45,163 nucleotides of DNA from a virus (taxonomy: Duplodnaviria > Caudoviricetes). Numbering within the stretch: the first letter of the stretch is position 1; each line of letters starts with the position of its first letter. The notes below the pieces were generated by a model that worked only from the letters and a program-made list of their open reading frames with translations, searched no databases and was not told the DNA's origin. Made by a program: the position numbers and the translations under genes. The stretch spans positions 1 to 45,163 of the IMG/VR virus record IMGVR_UViG_3300043416_000185. One strand, 5' to 3'. Shown here piece by piece: positions 8,230-13,805 of the stretch.

Positions 8230-8445
8230 ATGAAGAAGACCCGCAAATCCAAGAAGACCACCCTGCTCTGCGTTAAGCAGGTTCGCAATGTAATCCGTTC
8301 CAACGGCAAGCAAGCGAAACCCGAGTTCATTGAAGCGTTTGAACGCTTTGTGAACTTCAAACTGCGACAGGCTATCGAAACTCCCAACGGCAAAGCCAAG
8401 CGTCTTGACGCTACTGTCGCTGGTTTCTGTTTCGGTAACCATTGA
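8230..8445 (+). CDS. Probable histone-fold protein with basic N-terminal tail
   Basis: 71 aa: MKKTRKSKK tail, then VKQVRNVIRSNG / KQAK / PEFIEAFERFVNFKLRQAIET / PNGKAKRL / DATVA, matching the alpha1-L1-alpha2-L2-short alpha3 layout of prokaryotic histones. Confidence 0.6.
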   Translation: MKKTRKSKKTTLLCVKQVRNVIRSNGKQAKPEFIEAFERFVNFKLRQAIETPNGKAKRLDATVAGFCFGNH

Positions 8446-8452
8446 TTAATCT

Positions 8453-8524
8453 GACCCTGTAGTTCAACGGATAGAACATCTGCCTTCTAAGCAGAATATC
8501 TTGGTTCGATTCCAAGCAGGGTCA
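8453..8524 (+). tRNA. tRNA-Arg(UCU)
   Basis: Acceptor GACCCTG/CAGGGTC, anticodon arm TCTGC-CTTCTAA-GCAGA, T loop TTCGATT. Confidence 0.95.
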
Positions 8525-8548
8525 ATTTTCACCCACATTTCCTACCAC

Positions 8549-8860
8549 ATGACTACTGACTACGAAACCGAGGTCATCATCGATGGCCTTCCCTATGCAG
8601 TCTCCTGCGAACTTGAACTTGAAGTTGTCGATGACGGCATCGGTGGCTACGAGTATTGGGGCTCCAAAGGCACAGACCACCATTATGTGTGGGACTTGTC
8701 CAACTACTCCTACGATGCCTATGACAGCGATGGCAACGAGGTTACTGACTTGGTGCTTAAGGTTAAGATTGGCCTAGCCGTAGAGAACAAGATTTTCAAA
8801 TACATCGCTGAACTGCCCATCGAGAAAGAGCCTTACGACAACGAGGAGGACACCTATTGA
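8549..8860 (+). CDS. Acidic hypothetical protein
   Basis: ORF from ATG 8549 after the CCTACCAC leader; D/E-rich with a GIGGYEYWG motif. Confidence 0.75.
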   Translation: MTTDYETEVIIDGLPYAVSCELELEVVDDGIGGYEYWGSKGTDHHYVWDLSNYSYDAYDSDGNEVTDLVLKVKIGLAVENKIFKYIAELPIEKEPYDNEEDTY

Positions 8861-8885
8861 CTTTCATTCGCACCTGTGCGATACT
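8857..8885 (+). promoter_or_regulatory. Cassette promoter P3
   Basis: TTGACT-17 bp-GATACT; contains stop TGA 8858-8860; followed by ATTCACCTTCACCCAC. Confidence 0.8.
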
Positions 8886-8910
8886 ATTCACCTTCACCCA
8901 CCCAGAATAT

Positions 8911-9294
8911 ATGAATCCCGATTATTACAGCGGAGACGAAAACAACAACGCTGAAGCCGAACAGCAACTCGACTCCTTCACCAAGGAACGAGCCAACCAC
9001 CCCAAGATTATTGAACTGTCGCAAGACAGGAAGACCATCAAGTCCTACTACATCGTGGCCTACAAGATGGCCTTTAGCGACAGCGTGAGCCAAATCTGGT
9101 TTGTGACCGCTATCGAGGCTATGGCCTTCATCACCAAAGAAAGCCTTGTCTTTGATATCAAGCAGTTCGACATCCTCAAGAACACCATCAAGGGCGATAT
9201 GCACCCTAGTTTTAGGGAAATCACTATCCAAGAATTGAACAATGAGTCGTTCATGGAAAGCAATCACGCCATCGCTAAAATCACCGCCCCTTGA
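8911..9294 (+). CDS. Hypothetical early protein
   Basis: ORF from ATG 8911 (MNPDYYSG...) after P3 and its leader. Confidence 0.7.
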   Translation: MNPDYYSGDENNNAEAEQQLDSFTKERANHPKIIELSQDRKTIKSYYIVAYKMAFSDSVSQIWFVTAIEAMAFITKESLVFDIKQFDILKNTIKGDMHPSFREITIQELNNESFMESNHAIAKITAP

Positions 9295-9319
9295 CAGGGG
9301 CTTGTGAATATACGATACT
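9291..9319 (+). promoter_or_regulatory. Cassette promoter P4
   Basis: TTGACA-17 bp-GATACT; contains stop TGA 9292-9294; leader CCTCAACCCACACCTACCAC-ATG. Confidence 0.85.
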
Positions 9320-9344
9320 CTAATCCTCAACCCACACCTACCAC

Positions 9345-9674
9345 ATGAGCAAACGAGAAAAACAACTGGATATCACCCAGCACTTCACCAAGCCTGTTCG
9401 CATGACCTATGCGAATGGTGAAGACCAGACCAAGACCAACGGCTTTACTGTGAATGTCACAGTATTCAAGCATGACGCAGACGCTACCTATATCAGCGGA
9501 GCGTGGGAGATTTGTAGCGATGACTCCTCTTGCTACGGAGAAGGAACACTCTCATTTGACCTGCAAGGCAACTGCTTTGACTATGATGGATGTTATGACC
9601 TGTCGCATTATGTGTGCGATATGCTGAACGCAAACGGATACAACGCCAAGGAAGTTGACTCTCGCCTCTTCTAA
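9345..9674 (+). CDS. Hypothetical early protein
   Basis: 109-aa ORF after P4 with a G.L.FD...DYDGCYDL motif. Confidence 0.75.
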   Translation: MSKREKQLDITQHFTKPVRMTYANGEDQTKTNGFTVNVTVFKHDADATYISGAWEICSDDSSCYGEGTLSFDLQGNCFDYDGCYDLSHYVCDMLNANGYNAKEVDSRLF

Positions 9675-9676
9675 TC

Positions 9677-9919
9677 ATGGACAACACCGAAAAGCAAAGC
9701 ATCGCTGTCGATGCCATTCACCGCATCAGCCAAGAGGCTGACATGATGGTTTTCATGCTAGTAGATGAAGATTTGGAGGTATTTATCGATGAGCATAATG
9801 GATTTACGCAGGACGAAAAGGATGCCATCTGGGAGCGTATGCATGAAGCCATCCTAGACCACTATCACGAAATGCTCGACATGGTAATCCAAGATGTCGT
9901 GAGCGAGCGAGACGCTTGA
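9677..9919 (+). CDS. Highly acidic small protein
   Basis: 80 aa with 22 D/E and 5 K/R by hand count; starts 2 nt after the previous stop. Confidence 0.75.
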   Translation: MDNTEKQSIAVDAIHRISQEADMMVFMLVDEDLEVFIDEHNGFTQDEKDAIWERMHEAILDHYHEMLDMVIQDVVSERDA

Positions 9920-9944
9920 CATATACCTGCACATAGACGATACT
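9916..9944 (+). promoter_or_regulatory. Cassette promoter P5
   Basis: TTGACA-17 bp-GATACT; contains stop TGA 9917-9919; leader GTTCACCTTCACCCACACCTACCAC. Confidence 0.85.
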
Positions 9945-9978
9945 GTTCACCTTCACCCACACCTACCACATCACACAT

Positions 9979-10335
9979 ATGGAACGCACCGAATCCGAAA
10001 AACTCATGAACCGCATCAAGGAATTGCTCTCCCTTGATGAGAATCGCACCCACCTTGGCATGGAGGAGCATGGTGATGTTATCCGCATCTACTGCAATAA
10101 CTTCCACATCACGCACAAGGACATCACCAGCGACACGCTCAACGATATTGAAGAGGCGTATCAAGGCGAATACCGCAACGGCAAGGAGTTTGCGGAGCAA
10201 TTGGTTGATGATACTGGTATGCTGTCCAATGTCCCCGACAATATCCGCTTCTATTTCGATTATGAAGCCTTTGCTAGGGATTTGTTCATGGGCGATTACT
10301 GGATTGAAGAGGGTCATGTCTTCCGCAACCTTTAA
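9979..10335 (+). CDS. ardA: ArdA-like antirestriction protein (short form)
   Basis: YQGEY....EFAEQLVDDTG.L..VP..IR.YFDYEAFARDLFMGDY....GHVF is the characteristic ArdA C-terminal signature. Confidence 0.85.
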   Translation: MERTESEKLMNRIKELLSLDENRTHLGMEEHGDVIRIYCNNFHITHKDITSDTLNDIEEAYQGEYRNGKEFAEQLVDDTGMLSNVPDNIRFYFDYEAFARDLFMGDYWIEEGHVFRNL

Positions 10336-10350
10336 GCCCTTTATACACAT

Positions 10351-10443
10351 ATGTATAAGTTGCTCGTATCCGTTGCACTCTTGTGCGTGGCTGTCGTAGG
10401 TCTGGCTCTAGTCGTTGCATTCATGCACTTTGCTAGCCGTTGA
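10351..10443 (+). CDS. Small membrane peptide (30 aa, not in the ORF track)
   Basis: MYKLLVSVALLCVAVVGLALVVAFMHFASR*; ACACAT-ATG start like ardA; stop lies in the next -35 box. Confidence 0.6.
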   Translation: MYKLLVSVALLCVAVVGLALVVAFMHFASR

Positions 10444-10468
10444 CATTACTCTGCACCTGTGTGATACT
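10440..10468 (+). promoter_or_regulatory. Cassette promoter P6
   Basis: TTGACA-17 bp-GATACT; contains stop TGA 10441-10443; leader GTTCACCTCAACCCACCTACCAC-ATG. Confidence 0.85.
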
Positions 10469-10491
10469 GTTCACCTCAACCCACCTACCAC

Positions 10492-10737
10492 ATGAAATAC
10501 AAATTCACCATCAACTGGATTCACCGCAAACTTGAACGGCTATCCACCATCCAAGACGAGCAAGGCGAGCCCCTGCGGAGCGAATTTAGCCCCTATAGGT
10601 GTGATTGCTGTGATGGGCTCGCTGGTGAGCGTTATACTGTTAAGGCTCATTATTGGAACAAGAGGGCTCGCAACGGCTCTAGCACCTGTCGAGGCACATA
10701 TGAGGTTTGCCCCACCTGCGTCTACAACTGGCAGTAA
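10492..10737 (+). CDS. Small zinc-finger-like protein
   Basis: CDCC...CPTC cysteine pairs (FSPYRCDCCDGLAGERY...EVCPTCV). Confidence 0.7.
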   Translation: MKYKFTINWIHRKLERLSTIQDEQGEPLRSEFSPYRCDCCDGLAGERYTVKAHYWNKRARNGSSTCRGTYEVCPTCVYNWQ

Positions 10738-10746
10738 GGCCACCCC

Positions 10747-10775
10747 TTGACCTGTCTCTGCACCTCTGGCATACT
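10747..10775 (+). promoter_or_regulatory. Cassette promoter P7
   Basis: TTGACC-17 bp-CATACT; leader GTTCACCCAACACCTACCACACC-ATG. Confidence 0.8.
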
Positions 10776-10804
10776 TCTCTCGTTCACCCAACACCTACCA
10801 CACC

Positions 10805-11227
10805 ATGAGCCTAAACTTCAAGTTCCCCGACAACATCGATAAGAGCCTTATCGAATACACCAAAGAGGACGGCAGTCTTCATTGGCATCCCAGAGCCCAG
10901 TCGCTGGTCTTCTACATGATGATGCTCCAGCATGACATGACTGGGGACATGACCGACAAGAAGTTGCAGGAGATTGACCGCAGGATTGCCCTCATTGACC
11001 TGCACCACCAACATCCTGCCTACTGGGAAGGGACTGAAGGCTTCCGCATCCAATTGGCTGACATTGTGACCTATTGGGGTCTTACTGTGAATGTGTGCCA
11101 TTTGACTGCTGGTAAGTGGGATTCGTATTATAAGCGGTGTTTCACCAATTATATCGACACCACTCCCACCGAGGAATTGCGGAACACCACCCGCACAGTC
11201 TACACAGACCGCCCCTTGCGGGTGTGA
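10805..11227 (+). CDS. Hypothetical early protein
   Basis: 140-aa ORF after P7. Confidence 0.75.
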   Translation: MSLNFKFPDNIDKSLIEYTKEDGSLHWHPRAQSLVFYMMMLQHDMTGDMTDKKLQEIDRRIALIDLHHQHPAYWEGTEGFRIQLADIVTYWGLTVNVCHLTAGKWDSYYKRCFTNYIDTTPTEELRNTTRTVYTDRPLRV

Positions 11228-11232
11228 GCCTC

Positions 11233-11261
11233 TTGACAGGCTCCTGCATACCTGCGACACT
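11233..11261 (+). promoter_or_regulatory. Cassette promoter P8
   Basis: TTGACA-17 bp-GACACT; leader ATTCACCTTCACCCACCACTACCAC-ATG. Confidence 0.8.
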
Positions 11262-11286
11262 ATTCACCTTCACCCACCACTACCAC

Positions 11287-11586
11287 ATGAGCAAATCCCG
11301 CATCACCCGAAAGCCGTTCAAGCCGTTCACCATCGACCACATGGAGAGCATCACAATCCTGTCCCTCTACCAGTCCCTGCACATGGCTGACAGGCACAAG
11401 ATGTATCTCGCCCCCGCTTGGCTGGTTCGCCAGTCTGCTACCACCTACCTTGCCAAGGTTGGCGTAACTGTCCCCAAGGGAGCCCGCTGGAAAACCCTGC
11501 TGGATGAGGTGTGTGATGCCTATCGTGCCATCCTGCCCATCGATGCCGACAACAACCCCTTGCCCACAGAGCCCAAATCCGAGTGA
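11287..11586 (+). CDS. Hypothetical early protein
   Basis: ORF from ATG 11287 (MSKSRITRK...) after P8. Confidence 0.7.
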   Translation: MSKSRITRKPFKPFTIDHMESITILSLYQSLHMADRHKMYLAPAWLVRQSATTYLAKVGVTVPKGARWKTLLDEVCDAYRAILPIDADNNPLPTEPKSE

Positions 11587-11603
11587 TTTAAGCCACATAT
11601 GTG

Positions 11604-11730
11604 AATAATTTACATTTAATTTACATATATTTACGCCTATATACACGCACACCCACACACCCGCACACCCACCGCACACACCTACCACAGGCACACGCAC
11701 CCACCGCACACCCCACAGGCTCTCAAGGCA
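11604..11730. repeat. AT-rich ATTTAC repeats followed by C/A-rich CGCACAC/CCCAC repeats
   Basis: Three ATTTAC units at about 11 bp spacing, then about 90 bp of degenerate CACAC/CACCC repeats. Confidence 0.7.
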
Positions 11731-11736
11731 CACCCC

Positions 11737-11765
11737 TTGACCACAGCCTGTGGATGGCGTAGAGT
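11737..11765 (+). promoter_or_regulatory. Cassette promoter P9
   Basis: CACCCC-TTGACC-17 bp-TAGAGT; same upstream context as P7; long C/A leader to ATG 11816. Confidence 0.65.
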
Positions 11766-11815
11766 GCTGGTGTCACAACGACACCCACCCAACACAACCC
11801 ACACCACACCACACC

Positions 11816-12118
11816 ATGAACGACCAAATCACCGCCCTGCTATCACAGGCTCTCGCCTCCGCTCTCAAGGACGCTCTCACGCCCATCGTCCGAGAAGCGG
11901 TCAACGAGGCACTCGCCACCATGCCCCCCAAGGCTCTCCCCGAATCCGAGGCTGACAGCACCCTGCTCCAGCGGGTCGAGGCTCTAGAGGAGCAAATGGC
12001 TGATGTCCAGACCAGCCTAGAGGACAAGGTGGACACCTGCGACATCGATGACAAGGTGTCCGAGGCTGTCAGCGACTGCCTCGACAACGGCTCTTGGGAC
12101 ATCACCTTCCGAGGATGA
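11816..12118 (+). CDS. Acidic coiled-coil hypothetical protein
   Basis: ORF from ATG 11816 (MNDQITALL...) with an acidic C-terminal half. Confidence 0.7.
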   Translation: MNDQITALLSQALASALKDALTPIVREAVNEALATMPPKALPESEADSTLLQRVEALEEQMADVQTSLEDKVDTCDIDDKVSEAVSDCLDNGSWDITFRG

Positions 12119-12279
12119 CCCGAAAGCACTTCAAGCAGGTAGCGGAGGCAATCGCCTCCCTACCTCGCCAAGAGGATAGGGACAGGGCAATCGCCTATTG
12201 GCTCCCCTACCTCCAAGCCTCTAACCCCCGCTTCTGCGTCACCCGCTTCCTGCAAGCCTGCCAGCCCCCCAAAGGCTGA
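12115..12279 (+). CDS. Small hypothetical phage protein
   Basis: MTRKHF..VA..I...NPRF...RFLQAC motif of a common uncharacterised phage family; ATGA overlap. Confidence 0.75.
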   Translation: MTRKHFKQVAEAIASLPRQEDRDRAIAYWLPYLQASNPRFCVTRFLQACQPPKG

Positions 12280-12617
12280 CCCAACCCACCCACACCATGC
12301 ACCAGCCCATCGAACCACCATTATTAACCAAGCAGGGGTAAGCCCTGCAGACCCATCCCCTGCCCCTCATGCATCCCCTAAAAAGGGCAAGGGGGGGGAG
12401 GGGGTAAGGGTTTTAATCCATAAGGGTGTATGTGTTGGGTTATCCCATGCACAATTTTTCTTGCAAAAGGAAACACGACCCGAACCTTTAGGTGAGGGTG
12501 AGGAAGGGGATTATTAAGGGGATTGTCATGGAAGATGTCAAGCAGGATAATGCGGTTGTGAGTAATTTATATGATATTGGGTCAATGGAAGAAATATGGT
12601 GGTGGTGAAACTGGCAC

Positions 12618-12646
12618 TTGACTTGAAAGTAAAAAGGGTGTAAAGT
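12618..12646 (+). promoter_or_regulatory. Promoter for the RNA cluster
   Basis: TTGACT-17 bp-TAAAGT, 20 nt upstream of the first structured RNA. Confidence 0.6.
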
Positions 12647-12666
12647 GATTGGAGTTCTTTGAATTT

Positions 12667-12776
12667 GCTGGCGTTCTCTCTGAGAAAGTGTATTGAAATA
12701 TCCCTTCAGCCAATGAGGTAAGTCATCATGGATATAAGCCAATACTAGAGGAGGTCCGAAACTCCCCGCCAGTCCA
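12667..12776 (+). ncRNA. tRNA-like structured RNA candidate (non-canonical)
   Basis: GCTGGCG/CGCCAGT terminal stem followed by CCA; T-arm-like GGAG-GTCCGAAA-CTCC; nested helices GTATTG/CAATAC and ATATCC/GGATAT. Confidence 0.45.
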
Positions 12777-12783
12777 ATATAAT

Positions 12784-12885
12784 GGGGCGTAATTAACCCA
12801 AGGCCAATGAGGATGATTTTGCGGCACTAAGCCCCCGCAAACCATAGAAACCAGAAATGGCAAAATGAATCCGAAGGGCCGTCCT
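12784..12885 (+). ncRNA. Second structured RNA candidate
   Basis: GGGGCG/CGTCCT terminal pairing, GGAT/ATCC, TTTGCGG/CCGCAAA and CCAT/ATGG helices; shares GCCAATGAGG with the preceding element. Confidence 0.35.
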
Positions 12886-12891
12886 TTTTTA

Positions 12892-12963
12892 CATCCAGTA
12901 GCGTAATGGTATCGCACCTGCTTTGGGAGCAGGGGTTTGCAGGTTCAAGTCCTGTCTGGGTGA
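12892..12963 (+). tRNA. tRNA-Pro(UGG)
   Basis: Acceptor CATCCAG/CTGGGTG, anticodon arm CCTGC-TTTGGGA-GCAGG, T loop TTCAAGT. Confidence 0.92.
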
Positions 12964-12965
12964 CT

Positions 12966-13049
12966 GTCAATGTGGTGAAATGGTAAACACGACTGACTTA
13001 AAATCAGTTGCCCAAAGGCATATGGGTTCAAGTCCCATCTTTGACACCA
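12966..13049 (+). tRNA. tRNA-Leu(UAA)
   Basis: Anticodon arm ACTGA-CTTAAAA-TCAGT, variable arm TGCC-CAAA-GGCA, encoded CCA. Confidence 0.92.
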
Positions 13050-13053
13050 CTTT

Positions 13054-13138
13054 AGAGGGTTGGCAGAGTGGTCTATTGCGTCAGTCTTGAAAACTGAAGT
13101 TGGGAAACCAACCATCCGTTCAAATCGGATACCCTCTG
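13054..13138 (+). tRNA. tRNA-Ser(UGA)
   Basis: Acceptor AGAGGGT/ACCCTCT, anticodon arm TCAGT-CTTGAAA-ACTGA, long variable arm, G discriminator. Confidence 0.92.
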
Positions 13139-13205
13139 CTTTAATAGCGTCAATCCTTATTAAAGGGAAACGCAGTTGGCGTTAATAGCGTCAATACCAA
13201 TTAAC

Positions 13206-13276
13206 ACCTCGATGGTGTAATGGCAACACAGGAGATTTTGATTCTCTTATTCGGGGTTCAAATCCCTGTCGAGGTT
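13206..13276 (+). tRNA. tRNA-Gln(UUG)
   Basis: Acceptor ACCTCGA/TCGAGGT, anticodon arm GGAGA-TTTTGAT-TCTCT, T loop TTCAAAT. Confidence 0.88.
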
Positions 13277-13281
13277 CTTTC

Positions 13282-13354
13282 GGGGGTGTAACTCAGCGGT
13301 TAGAGTGGGCTCTTTATAAGGGCTAAGTCGGGAGTTCGATTCTCCCCACCCCTA
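13282..13354 (+). tRNA. tRNA-Ile(UAU)
   Basis: Acceptor GGGGGTG/CACCCCT, anticodon arm GGCTC-TTTATAA-GGGCT, T loop TTCGATT. Confidence 0.9.
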
Positions 13355-13373
13355 CTTTCAATTTTATTTAGTT

Positions 13374-13805
13374 ATGATTAAAAATATATCAGAAAAAGAC
13401 ATTTCAGAGCGACTGGGCCTGTCAAGAGACGAGGTTCGCAACTGGCGTTCCAAGGCTCCAACTAAGTATGTCTTCCAAGAACAATCTAAGAAGCCGTCAA
13501 AGTTGTGGCCTTGGATGTGGACTGAGGAAGGCGTTTCTTGGCTGACCGACCAACTGAATGCCCAAAGCGATGCTGTCGCTAAAGAATTGTATGAAGAAAT
13601 TAAGCCAGAAGAGAAAGAAGTCGAAATCGTCCGTTGTAACTTTCCTAATCTACGATTTCTGCTTGTCAAAGACAAACACGGCAGTCAGTTCTCCGTTTCT
13701 TGTAAGGACAATCGAGCGTTCAGAGTCAGTATGAAGATTACTGTCAAGAAAGACCGACTTGGCTGGTTTGTTAAGAGAAATCCACATTATAAGAAAAATG
13801 GCTAA
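13374..13805 (+). CDS. Protein with N-terminal HTH and beta-rich C-terminal domain
   Basis: ISEKDISERLGLSRDEVRNWR helix-turn-helix; first gene after the tRNA cluster. Confidence 0.7.
   Translation: MIKNISEKDISERLGLSRDEVRNWRSKAPTKYVFQEQSKKPSKLWPWMWTEEGVSWLTDQLNAQSDAVAKELYEEIKPEEKEVEIVRCNFPNLRFLLVKDKHGSQFSVSCKDNRAFRVSMKITVKKDRLGWFVKRNPHYKKNG

Noticed and set aside
8857-11290. Repeated units as a CRISPR array or integron attC sites
   Set aside because: The repeats are degenerate, non-palindromic and separated by whole genes. No cas gene or integron integrase is present, and they fit promoter consensus.
12667-12885. Hammerhead, HDV-like (theta), twister or pistol ribozyme, or tmRNA
   Set aside because: Only partial word matches (ATGA..GAA, TAAGCCC, GCTGGCG). 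The required cores and pseudoknots could not be completed by hand, and no tmRNA tag ORF was found. Kept only as unclassified candidates.
12488-12917. Minus-strand ORFs 12488-12742 and 12726-12917
   Set aside because: They are antisense to the promoter and RNA cluster with no protein-like features.
13054-13138. Suppressor tRNAs or stop-codon recoding (anticodons written TGA and TAA)
   Set aside because: These anticodons read UCA (Ser) and UUA (Leu). Genes are intact under the standard code, and TAA, TGA and TAG all serve as stops.
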